DNA of 57,927 nucleotides from Dehalococcoidia bacterium. Lineage in GTDB: Bacteria; Chloroflexota; Dehalococcoidia; SZUA-161. Below are positions 30,328-39,947 of the stretch, one piece after another. Positions within the stretch are counted from its first letter, which is position 1, and each line of letters begins with the position of its first letter. The translations under genes were made by a program, and so were the position numbers. The DNA is taken from NCBI GenBank assembly GCA_014859215.1, contig JACUUS010000002.1:1-57927 (forward strand), given 5' to 3'. The notes beneath the pieces are model-generated. The model did not search any database. It was not told the origin of the DNA and saw only the letters and a program-made list of their open reading frames with translations.

Positions 30328-30739
30328 CTGTTTCTCTCTCCTTTTCTCTGCGCAGACTGCTCAGAATCCCACCCCACAGGGTCCTGGTCTTGAGAGTCTC
30401 GACTCCCAGCTTGTACTGTCTTTCGGTGCGGGGCCTGTTTGCTCCAGCATCGACCCTTGCCTCTATCATGGAAGCAAGAATGGCAGTCACCACGTAGGCG
30501 CTTATTATTGCGAGCAGGAACAAGCCGAGCTGCTGAGACCCTTCCACTGTGTGCTGGATGTTGCGGTTTTCATCAGTGAAGAACCAGCCAAAAGCGCCAA
30601 GGATGGCCAGTACACCGAACAGGACCTGGACTCTTGAATCACGGTAGAAGCAGAGGCCATGGAGCCCTGCCACGAGCGAGCCAAGCTGGTATACTCCAAT
30701 TGATGCTATGAAGACCAGGATGAAGTAGTCCGGACGCAT
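30308..30739 (-). CDS. hypothetical membrane protein
   Basis: 143 aa with about four hydrophobic helices and a charged C-terminal tail. GAGGAAAGGTG RBS. Located between the GT2-GtrA and PAP2 genes. Confidence 0.5.
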   Translation of the reverse strand: MRPDYFILVFIASIGVYQLGSLVAGLHGLCFYRDSRVQVLFGVLAILGAFGWFFTDENRNIQHTVEGSQQLGLFLLAIISAYVVTAILASMIEARVDAGANRPRTERQYKLGVETLKTRTLWGGILSSLRREKERETDDAAAI

Positions 30740-30758
30740 TAAACGGGTGCACCTTTCC

Positions 30759-31886
30759 TCATCTGTCGGTAGGAACCGTGGATGCGGACCTGACTTTCCA
30801 GGTCCAGACGAAGTTCACGCTGAAATTCCAGACCAGCCCCACCAGGATTGCCAAAAACAAAGCCAGAAGGTCATAGACTCCCGCGAAGCGCGTAAGCGGG
30901 ATGTAAATCGCATAATAGATGGCTATAGCCCCTGCACTAACCAGGTTGAATTTGACCGCCCGGACAAAGAAAGCTCTCTTGCCCCCGGTGCTCTTGTCCC
31001 GGAACGTCCATAAATGATTCAAGGTGTAATTGGACAGAATGGAGACTTCAAGGGCGATTATGAGAGCCCACAGGTCGTACAGGTTCGCCAGCCGGGTCAG
31101 TAGCCAGAACCCGCCGAAGTTCACTCCGAAGCCAGTGGCCCCCACCACGCAAAACTTCAGGAAACGCTTGGCATCACCCTGGAACCAGATGAGGCGTGAA
31201 AGGTGCCTGAGGAAATTCAGCTCTTCTTTGAAGGTGAGATTGCTCTTTCCGCGCTCTCTTCCTCGGAACACATACGGCACCTCGACGACTTTGGCTGCCC
31301 TGCCTTTCATCAATACTTCGAGCAGGATTTTGTATCCCGTGGGAGCCAGTTTCACCCCGTCCACCACTTCCCGTCTGAGGAAGAAGAAGCCGGCGAGAGG
31401 GTCCTTTATCCCGCGGACTGAAGGCAGGAACAGGCCTGTGATGCGCTTGGCCACCCTCGAGATGAGCTCGCGCCTGGAATCCCACTCCTCCATGCCGCCG
31501 CCCTCAACATAGCGGCTCCCGATCACCATGTCAGCTCCGCCTTGCATGGCATCGAGCATGGCGGGAATCGCCTCCGGCGGATGCTGGAGGTCAGCATCCA
31601 TGACGCCGAGTATGCGCCCAGCGGCCTGTCCGAATCCCGCGACCACGGCCGATGCAAGGCCGCGCTCGTTGGTGCGAAGTACGACCTGGACAGGATATTT
31701 GGAAGCAAGGCTCTCTGCCATCTGCGCAGTGCCATCGGGGCTGTTATCATCGACCAGGATCAATTCATACTTGTAGGAGGACAGTGCCTTATGAACCCTC
31801 TCCAGGAGGGGTTCAATATTGTCGCGCTCGTTATAGGTTGGCACTATCAATGAGAGGTACAGGTCCGGATCGGTGTTTGGCTTCAT
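30759..31886 (-). CDS. GT2 polyprenyl-phosphate glycosyltransferase fused to a GtrA-like membrane domain
   Basis: LSLIVPTYNERDNI, VDDNSPDGT and MDADLQHPP (DPM1/Ppm1-type), plus a 4-TM GtrA-like C-terminus. Confidence 0.85.
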   Translation of the reverse strand: MKPNTDPDLYLSLIVPTYNERDNIEPLLERVHKALSSYKYELILVDDNSPDGTAQMAESLASKYPVQVVLRTNERGLASAVVAGFGQAAGRILGVMDADLQHPPEAIPAMLDAMQGGADMVIGSRYVEGGGMEEWDSRRELISRVAKRITGLFLPSVRGIKDPLAGFFFLRREVVDGVKLAPTGYKILLEVLMKGRAAKVVEVPYVFRGRERGKSNLTFKEELNFLRHLSRLIWFQGDAKRFLKFCVVGATGFGVNFGGFWLLTRLANLYDLWALIIALEVSILSNYTLNHLWTFRDKSTGGKRAFFVRAVKFNLVSAGAIAIYYAIYIPLTRFAGVYDLLALFLAILVGLVWNFSVNFVWTWKVRSASTVPTDR

Positions 31887-31982
31887 TATGAGCTCCTGAC
31901 GAGGAAGCCGGTGCAGTCACGAATAGTCCCAAATGGCTGAACAGTCGAACAGGGGAAGTGCGGGCCGGAACAAGGCGGTGGT

Positions 31983-32900
31983 TCAACTATATACCGGCGT
32001 GCACCACTGCATGTACTTAGTGCTCATCCCGCACTCGACATCAAAGTAAAGCCTCTGCAATTCCTTCGTTAATTTCCCTATATTGCCCTCGCCCACTTTG
32101 CGGCGATCTATCTCCACCACAGGTGTTACGTGAGCCGCGGTTCCGGTTAGAAAGCATTCATCCGCCAGGTACAGCTCGCTGCGGTCCATATGCCGCTCCT
32201 CGGTGCCGACACCGAGCTCTTGACTGGCGAGATGTATTACGGTGTCCCGGGTTATCCCCAGCAAAATCCGGTCATGCGTGGATGGCGTTACCAGATGGCC
32301 GTTCTGGACCAGGAAGATGTTCTCTCCGCTTCCTTCGGACACATGTCCGTCGGAAGTAAGAAGTATGGCCTCATCGAAACCATTTTCATTGGCTTCAGTC
32401 TTTGCCAGCGCATTGTTGACATAAAGGCCGCAAATCTTTCCCCTGGGAGGGATCATGTTGTCATCGAGCCTTCGCCAGGAGGATACACAGCATCGGATAC
32501 CTTTCTCGGAGTCAAGGTAGGGCCCGAAGGTGGTCACGAATATGAAAAGGCCGTCCTGGAGTCCGTGAAGGCGTACGCCCAGCATTTCGGAACTCTTATA
32601 TGCCACAGGCCGGATATAGACATCCTCGCGGTAGCCGGACCTGCGGACCAGATCTATGGTGATATCGCACATTTCGTCCGCGGAATAGGGAATCCCGATT
32701 TTGAGCAGCTTAGCGCTATTGAGCAGCCTTTTGTAGTGGTCCGCACAGCGGAAAAGATACAGCTGCTTATCCCGGCTGTTCCAGTTGCCACGTATGCCTT
32801 CAAAGCAGGCGGTCCCGTAATGGAGAGCATGGGTCATGATCCCCATTTGTGCTTCAGGCAAGGGGACGAACTCTTTATTATAGAAGGCGTAAGGCGGCAT
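31983..32900 (-). CDS. ilvE: branched-chain amino acid aminotransferase (class IV)
   Basis: Start trimmed to ATG 32900 (GGGAGA RBS). HYGTACFEGIRG and GENIFLV motifs. Confidence 0.85.
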   Translation of the reverse strand: MPPYAFYNKEFVPLPEAQMGIMTHALHYGTACFEGIRGNWNSRDKQLYLFRCADHYKRLLNSAKLLKIGIPYSADEMCDITIDLVRRSGYREDVYIRPVAYKSSEMLGVRLHGLQDGLFIFVTTFGPYLDSEKGIRCCVSSWRRLDDNMIPPRGKICGLYVNNALAKTEANENGFDEAILLTSDGHVSEGSGENIFLVQNGHLVTPSTHDRILLGITRDTVIHLASQELGVGTEERHMDRSELYLADECFLTGTAAHVTPVVEIDRRKVGEGNIGKLTKELQRLYFDVECGMSTKYMQWCTPVYS

Positions 32901-32929
32901 TAAACGTCTCCCACGGTGAACTGTTGCTA

Positions 32930-32958
32930 AGTATAAACAGCGCGAGAGGCTTAGGCAA
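32930..32958 (-). promoter_or_regulatory. promoter TTGCCT-N17-TATACT for ilvE
   Basis: Read on the minus strand, 30 nt upstream of ATG 32900. Confidence 0.45.
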
Positions 32959-32976
32959 GTGGCGTACGGCACTCCC

Positions 32977-33005
32977 TTGAGAGAATCCTGCTTTAATGTT
33001 AGCAT
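32977..33005 (+). promoter_or_regulatory. promoter TTGAGA-N17-TAGCAT for the geranylgeranyl reductase gene
   Basis: Read on the plus strand, 31 nt upstream of ATG 33037. Confidence 0.3.
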
Positions 33006-33036
33006 AAACGGCAGCAGGACTTAAGGTCTATCAGAC

Positions 33037-34200
33037 ATGACGAATCTATACGATGTGGCCGTGGTTGGGGCGGGGCCCTCCGGCAGTTACGCTGCGGCGC
33101 AACTCGCTGAAGAAGGGCACCGGGTTATCGTATTTGAGCGTCGAAGTACGATTGCGGAGAGAGTATGCTGCACCGGTATCGTGGGAAGAGAATGCATTGA
33201 GCGGTTTGAGTTGCCACCGCAGACGATTTCACGTGAGGCGAGTTCAGCGACTTTCTATTCACCGGCAGGGAAGGCACTTCATGTTCGTAAGAATCAGGCG
33301 CAGGCATACGTTGTAGATCGAGGGGCGCTGGACAAAGCACTGGCACAGGGCGCGCAGAAGAACGGCGCGAAGTACCTTTTCTCGACAAGGGTGTGCGATA
33401 TTCACCCGGAAAACGGGCGGGTCTTGCTGAAGGTCGAGCAGGAGGGCCATACGCAGGACTTCGAAAGCAGGGCTGCGATAATCAGCAGCGGCTTTGGAGG
33501 AGCCTTGTGTGAGAGACTTGGTCTGGGCAGAATAGGAGATTTCGTCCTGGGAGCTCAAGCGGAGGTGGAGACGAACGCCGCCGAAGTTGAGGTTTACCTG
33601 GGACAAGGTGTAGCGCCAGGGTTTTTTGCGTGGCTGGTGCCGACTTCCGGGGGGAGAGGACTGGCCGGCTTGTTGACCAGGCGCAGTCCGCGGGCATTCC
33701 TGCTGGATTTCCTGTCCATGCTGGAAGCCAGGGGCAAGATACGCTTGCCTGCGGGCAACTTCGCGTATGGCGGGATTCCTTTGGCTACTCTGCCAAAGAC
33801 GTATTCGGAGAGAACCCTGGTTGTGGGCGATGCGGCCGGACAGGTGAAGCCGACTACCGGTGGGGGCATCTATTACGGCCTGATCGCGGCGCGACACGCT
33901 GTTGCCACGGTGCAGGCCGCTTTCGAGAAGGGAGATTTGTCGGCGCGAGGACTGGCTGGATATGAGAGGAAGTGGAAAGAAGACCTTGAAAACGAGCTGC
34001 GCATCGGGCAGGTAGCGCGCAGGCTGTACGAGAGTCTGAGCGATAAGAGGCTGGAGCACATCTTCGAAGTGGCAGCCTCGAACGGAATCCATGAAGAGAT
34101 ACTGACGTCATCGGGTTTTTCCTTTGACTGGCATGCGAGTGCGATTCTGGAGGCCTTCAAACATAAGAAGATGCGCAGGATATTGTGGAGTTTGAGCTGA
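33037..34200 (+). CDS. geranylgeranyl reductase family FAD-dependent oxidoreductase
   Basis: YDVAVVGAGPSGSYAA dinucleotide fold and LVVGDAAGQVKPTTGGGIYY. 387 aa. Confidence 0.8.
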   Translation: MTNLYDVAVVGAGPSGSYAAAQLAEEGHRVIVFERRSTIAERVCCTGIVGRECIERFELPPQTISREASSATFYSPAGKALHVRKNQAQAYVVDRGALDKALAQGAQKNGAKYLFSTRVCDIHPENGRVLLKVEQEGHTQDFESRAAIISSGFGGALCERLGLGRIGDFVLGAQAEVETNAAEVEVYLGQGVAPGFFAWLVPTSGGRGLAGLLTRRSPRAFLLDFLSMLEARGKIRLPAGNFAYGGIPLATLPKTYSERTLVVGDAAGQVKPTTGGGIYYGLIAARHAVATVQAAFEKGDLSARGLAGYERKWKEDLENELRIGQVARRLYESLSDKRLEHIFEVAASNGIHEEILTSSGFSFDWHASAILEAFKHKKMRRILWSLS

Positions 34201-34234
34201 TCGGCGATATGTCGCAAGCGTGCGGCAGTCCTGT

Positions 34235-34263
34235 TTGACATGGGTTGTCGGCGGGAATAAAAT
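34235..34263 (+). promoter_or_regulatory. promoter-like TTGACA-N17-TAAAAT
   Basis: Perfect -35 box. Sits upstream of the terminator hairpin and of the M16 peptidase gene. Confidence 0.35.
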
Positions 34264-34270
34264 AAGAGTG

Positions 34271-34293
34271 TGGGGCCCGGGGCCCCATTTTTT
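34271..34293 (+). terminator. rho-independent terminator (GC hairpin plus T6)
   Basis: TGGGGCC cgg GGCCCCA followed by TTTTTT. Starts 71 nt after the reductase stop. Confidence 0.7.
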
Positions 34294-34310
34294 ATAAAGA
34301 GGCTGAATAC

Positions 34311-35576
34311 TTGTACGAGAAAACTGTACTGGACAACGGCTTGCGGGTAGTGAGCAGTACCATGCCGCATACGCGCTCCGTGTGCATAACCATTTTCGTG
34401 GGCGCGGGCTCGCGTTATGAGCCGGATGACGAGGCAGGTATTTCCCATTTCCTTGAGCACCTTTGCTTTAAGGGGACCGCGCGCCGTCCGAGTTCCAAAG
34501 ATATATCGGAGACTATCGACGGCATCGGCGGTCTGTTGAACGGGGGCACGGATAAGGAGCTGATGGTCTACTGGGTCAAAGTAGCCCGGCACCATTTTCC
34601 GCTTGCCCTTGACCTGCTCGTGGACATGCTCCGGAATTCAAAGCTCGATCCGGTCGAGATGGAGAACGAGCGGAGGGTGATTATCGAGGAGCTGAATATG
34701 TGCGTTGACTCACCCCAAACACGCGTGGATCAGCTTATCGACGATCTTCTCTGGCCCGGACAGCCGCTTGGCCGTGACGTCGCGGGGACCAAGGAGACGG
34801 TCTCCACAATCACACGCGATATGATGGTCGACTACATCTCGAAGCACTTTGTTCCGGGTAACGCGGTCGTAGGCATAGCGGGCAATATCAGCCATGAGGA
34901 GGTAGTGAGCGCGGTGGATGCCTTTCTCGGCGACTGGGCTGATGGGCCGGCGGCGCAGTGGTACCCGGCCCACAATGAACAGCATGAGCCCCGGCTGAAG
35001 GTGGAGCGGCGAAAGACCGAGCAGGTCAACTTCTGTCTGGCGGTACGCGGACTCTCTCAAACTCATCCGGACAGGTATATCTTGAACTTGATCAATCTCG
35101 TGCTGGGTGAGGGTATGAGCAGCAGGCTGTTCCTGGAAATCAGAGAGAGGCTGGGGCTGGCCTACGATGTGCACAGCATGGTCACTTTCTTCCATGACTC
35201 GGGATCTCTAAACGTCTGCGCCGGCGTCGCGCCCAAGATGGTGGAGGATACGGTGGCGGCTGTTGTGGGAGAGCTTGCCAAAATGAAAGATACCCTGGTG
35301 TCAAATGCGGAATTCACCAAGGCCAAAGAGCAAGGCAAGGGGCGGCTTCTGCTGAGGATGGAGGATACTCGCAACGTGGTCGGCTGGGTTGGCGGGCAGG
35401 AACTCCTCACGAACCATATCCGTACTGTGGACGATGTGATCTCGACCGTGGATGCTATTACTCCGGAAGACCTCCAGCGGGTCGCGCGAGACGTGTTCAG
35501 GACGGAGCGCCTGAGTCTTGCGCTTGTAGGCCCGTACTCGCGGGAAAGCCGACTTAAGCGTATTCTAAAACTCTGA
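34311..35576 (+). CDS. M16-family zinc peptidase (pitrilysin-like)
   Basis: TTG start after AAGAGG. Inverted zincin motif HFLEHLCFKG. 421 aa. Confidence 0.88.
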   Translation: MYEKTVLDNGLRVVSSTMPHTRSVCITIFVGAGSRYEPDDEAGISHFLEHLCFKGTARRPSSKDISETIDGIGGLLNGGTDKELMVYWVKVARHHFPLALDLLVDMLRNSKLDPVEMENERRVIIEELNMCVDSPQTRVDQLIDDLLWPGQPLGRDVAGTKETVSTITRDMMVDYISKHFVPGNAVVGIAGNISHEEVVSAVDAFLGDWADGPAAQWYPAHNEQHEPRLKVERRKTEQVNFCLAVRGLSQTHPDRYILNLINLVLGEGMSSRLFLEIRERLGLAYDVHSMVTFFHDSGSLNVCAGVAPKMVEDTVAAVVGELAKMKDTLVSNAEFTKAKEQGKGRLLLRMEDTRNVVGWVGGQELLTNHIRTVDDVISTVDAITPEDLQRVARDVFRTERLSLALVGPYSRESRLKRILKL

Positions 35577-35615
35577 GTCAGGCAGCCATACGGATTGCGG
35601 GTCAAGCCAAATAAA

Positions 35616-35644
35616 AAGCAGCTGCGGTTATGCCGCAGCTGCTT
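35616..35644 (-). terminator. groEL terminator (12-bp stem, U-tract on the minus strand)
   Basis: AAGCAGCTGCGG ttatg CCGCAGCTGCTT. On the minus strand the hairpin is followed by TTTTTATTT. Confidence 0.75.
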
Positions 35645-35680
35645 CCAGAGTCAATCAAAACCTTTCCCGGGAAACCCCCT

Positions 35681-37306
<1,626 letters not shown>

Positions 37307-37329
37307 TTATCCTCTCTTCTTGAATTTTG

Positions 37330-37626
37330 TTACTTGCCGAGCTTAGCCAGGATATCGCTTTCGCGAAGAATGAGATATTCCTCGCCGTCCTGCTTCCACT
37401 CGGTCCCGGCGTATTTCGCGTATATGACTTTGTCGCCTTTCTTGACCTCCATCTCAATGCGGCTTCCGTCCTCCGCGAGTTTGCCGGGGCCGACTGCCAG
37501 GATTTCGCCTTCCTGGGGTTTCTCTTTGGCCGTATCTGGAAGGACGATACCGCCCTTCGTTACTTCTTCCCTGACGGTCGGCTTCACTACTACCCGATCA
37601 GCCAGAGGCTTGAGGTTCATTGCCAT
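37330..37626 (-). CDS. groES: co-chaperonin GroES
   Basis: Start trimmed to ATG 37626, 7 nt after [23 protein letters not shown]. Confidence 0.95.
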   Translation of the reverse strand: MAMNLKPLADRVVVKPTVREEVTKGGIVLPDTAKEKPQEGEILAVGPGKLAEDGSRIEMEVKKGDKVIYAKYAGTEWKQDGEEYLILRESDILAKLGK

Positions 37627-37670
37627 TAAAGGCCTCCTTAAAAGATTTTCGCCTGAAGGGAACTCGAAAA

Positions 37671-37697
37671 TTAGCACTCCCATGAGGAGAGTGCTAA
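37671..37697 (-). promoter_or_regulatory. CIRCE operator (HrcA binding site)
   Basis: Perfect TTAGCACTC-N9-GAGTGCTAA inverted repeat, 45 nt upstream of the groES start. Confidence 0.9.
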
Positions 37698-37705
37698 CCA
37701 TCAAT

Positions 37706-37734
37706 AAGATAACTTACGGCTTACTGAACCGCAA
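37706..37734 (-). promoter_or_regulatory. candidate groESL promoter TTGCGG-N17-TATCTT
   Basis: The -10 box ends 8 nt before CIRCE, which is the usual promoter-operator geometry. Confidence 0.35.
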
Positions 37735-37855
37735 GTCCATTCAGGGGCATTCAGCGGCGTTGAGGACTAACTACAGCCACTAAGCCCTCCATATCGCGCA
37801 ATATCGCCTTACCCGAATATGGCAAAACGGCTTGCGACCATATCGTTCAAGCGGG

Positions 37856-38731
37856 CTATTCTGCCTGCCGGTCATGCGAGATCAGTCCATGCTCGAGCAT
37901 AAACTTGATGATCTCCGCTGCGGCCGGCTTAGGTAGTTTGTCAATGATGTTCGACTTCTTCTGGGCGACCCCGCCGGCGGTAATGAGCTTCATGCGTTCC
38001 GCGGGCGAGAGGCTGCTGTCGATTGTTGCCGTCTTCTTCAGCCTGGGTTTGGGCTGTGAAATGCCGACAACGGCGACCCGGGGCCTTATATCGTGTGCGT
38101 CGAGCCCCAGTGTCGCTGCGTCAAGCCGGGCAACATCCTTTCGGAGGCCGGAGAGTATGGTGCGCAGGCAGGGATAGACTGGTTTGGCCAGTATGCCCTC
38201 GACCGTGAATAGTGCGGGAAGAGGGCTTTCTACGACTTCCCTGTCACCGCCCTTGAGACGCCTGTGTACGATGGCGGTACGGGTATCAGCGTAAATATCT
38301 ATCCTGGTTGCGCATGTAACCAGGGGAAGACTCAGCCACTCGGCAATACCAGCTCCCAGGAAGCAGTCCGCTTCGTCCATTGACTCTTTGCCGCACAAGA
38401 CTAAATCGTATTCTTCCCGTGCGATAACCCGCGAGAGTGCCAACGCTGTCAGGTATGAGTCTGAATCATCAAGGAGCGGGTCACATACGTGAACGGCCTT
38501 GTCGGCTCCCATCTTCAGGCAGGTTCTGAGGACGGCTTCTGATTGAGCCGGCCCTAGACTTACAGCGGTCACTTTGCCACCATGCTTCTGCCTGATGTTG
38601 ATGGCCTCGCTCAGGGCTATCTCGTCCAGGGCATCCATAATGTGGTGAATATTCTTGAGAGCGCCGGTTTCCAGGTCGTACTTCACGATCGTCGGGTCGG
38701 GCACCTGCTTTACACACACAATAATATGCAT
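37856..38731 (-). CDS. etfB: electron transfer flavoprotein beta subunit (second copy)
   Basis: MHIIVCVKQVPDP N-terminus. 291 aa. Confidence 0.88.
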   Translation of the reverse strand: MHIIVCVKQVPDPTIVKYDLETGALKNIHHIMDALDEIALSEAINIRQKHGGKVTAVSLGPAQSEAVLRTCLKMGADKAVHVCDPLLDDSDSYLTALALSRVIAREEYDLVLCGKESMDEADCFLGAGIAEWLSLPLVTCATRIDIYADTRTAIVHRRLKGGDREVVESPLPALFTVEGILAKPVYPCLRTILSGLRKDVARLDAATLGLDAHDIRPRVAVVGISQPKPRLKKTATIDSSLSPAERMKLITAGGVAQKKSNIIDKLPKPAAAEIIKFMLEHGLISHDRQAE

Positions 38732-38765
38732 ATTCGCTCCCGGGATTACACACTTTTCGCCAGGA

Positions 38766-39815
38766 TCAAGATGCGGAGTCGCCCAGTTCTCGCAACTGCT
38801 TCGTAAGTTCAGGTATTATTTCGTGCATATCACCGATCACAGCGAGGTCGGCCATCTTCGTGATAGGAGCATTGCGATCGGTATTGATCGAAACCATGAG
38901 CTTGGAGCCTTTGATGCTGAGCGTGTGGTGAAAAGCTCCTGAAATTCCGCATGTGAGGTAAAGGCGCGGCGTTATTATCTTCCCGGTCATTCCAATCCGC
39001 CTCTCGTCCGATACCCAGTGTTCATCGGTGGCTCTTCTACTCCCCCCGATGGAAGCTCCCAGAAGGCGTGCCAGCTCTTCGACAGGGACGAGATTCTCCG
39101 CGCACTGCAAGCCTTTCCCGACGCCGATGACGATTTCGGCTTCACTGACGCATACAGCGCAGGGGTCTGCTTTCAGGTAATCTATTGCCCGAGTGCGGTC
39201 TACACGTGCATCCAGGCGCACCCTGGGTTCAATCACTACAGGGTCTTTGGGCGCTCTTACTCTGTGCTGGCCTAGAGTCTGCGGGTCTATGGTCGCTACA
39301 ACCGGCATAACCAGCGGAGTGACTGTGGCCCTTGCTTTCCCTCCGTGAATAGGCCTGTGGATCACAAGCCTTCCATCTCGCTCGAGTTCGATTTCGGTGT
39401 ACCGGGACACAAAGCCGACCTTGAGTCTAGCGGCGAGCCTGGGCGCAAGGTCGTTTCCCATAGGAGTGCTGCCAAACAGGATAATCGAGGGACGACACTG
39501 CTCGACAAGCTGTGCCAGGGCGGTTACGAAGAGGGTGCTTGAATACGTGTCAAGCAGCTGGTCGTCCACGACCAGGGCTTCGTCGAGGCCTTGCGGGCGG
39601 AAAGCCGTTGCGAATTCGGCTATTCTGTGACCCAGAATGACCGCGCAGGCTTGCCTCTCAAGCCGGTCTGCCACAATGCGGCTTTCGCCGGCAAGCAAAT
39701 GAGAGGACTCGTCTAGTCTACCTTCCTTATGCTCAACAAAGAACCAGATTCGGTTATCTAACTTGCTTTCTGACGGTTTCTCATTATCAGGGCCTCTTGT
39801 ATCCATAGCAGCCAT
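38766..39815 (-). CDS. etfA: electron transfer flavoprotein alpha subunit (second copy)
   Basis: FAD-domain signature LYLTCGISGAFHHTLSIKGSKLMVSINTDRNAPI. 349 aa. Confidence 0.88.
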   Translation of the reverse strand: MAAMDTRGPDNEKPSESKLDNRIWFFVEHKEGRLDESSHLLAGESRIVADRLERQACAVILGHRIAEFATAFRPQGLDEALVVDDQLLDTYSSTLFVTALAQLVEQCRPSIILFGSTPMGNDLAPRLAARLKVGFVSRYTEIELERDGRLVIHRPIHGGKARATVTPLVMPVVATIDPQTLGQHRVRAPKDPVVIEPRVRLDARVDRTRAIDYLKADPCAVCVSEAEIVIGVGKGLQCAENLVPVEELARLLGASIGGSRRATDEHWVSDERRIGMTGKIITPRLYLTCGISGAFHHTLSIKGSKLMVSINTDRNAPITKMADLAVIGDMHEIIPELTKQLRELGDSAS

Positions 39816-39859
39816 ACTGTGCCTCAGGACAATCTGCAGTGGCCTGATTTAATGCCATC

Positions 39860-39887
39860 ATTATACTCTTGTCAGAACGTAAAGCAA
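39860..39887 (-). promoter_or_regulatory. promoter TTGCTT-N16-TATAAT for etfAB copy 2
   Basis: Perfect -10 box, 45 nt upstream of ATG 39815. GAGG RBS. Confidence 0.45.
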
Positions 39888-39929
39888 CAGGGGCGATCAT
39901 GAGTCTTTTCAGAACCGCGATCGCCCCTG
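39888..39929 (-). terminator. 11-bp GC-rich hairpin downstream of the reductase gene
   Basis: CAGGGGCGATC, a 20-nt loop, then GATCGCCCCTG. Begins 19 nt after the TAG stop. Followed by TTGCTTTACGTT on the minus strand. Confidence 0.45.
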
Positions 39930-39947
39930 TATATTGACTAGGCCGGG

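Noticed and set aside
39917-39924. GCGATCGC (the cyanobacterial HIP1 palindrome) inside the hairpin arm.
   Set aside because: I saw only one other copy in the window (15385..15392), so there is no enrichment. It is not evidence for a cyanobacterial origin or a repeat family.
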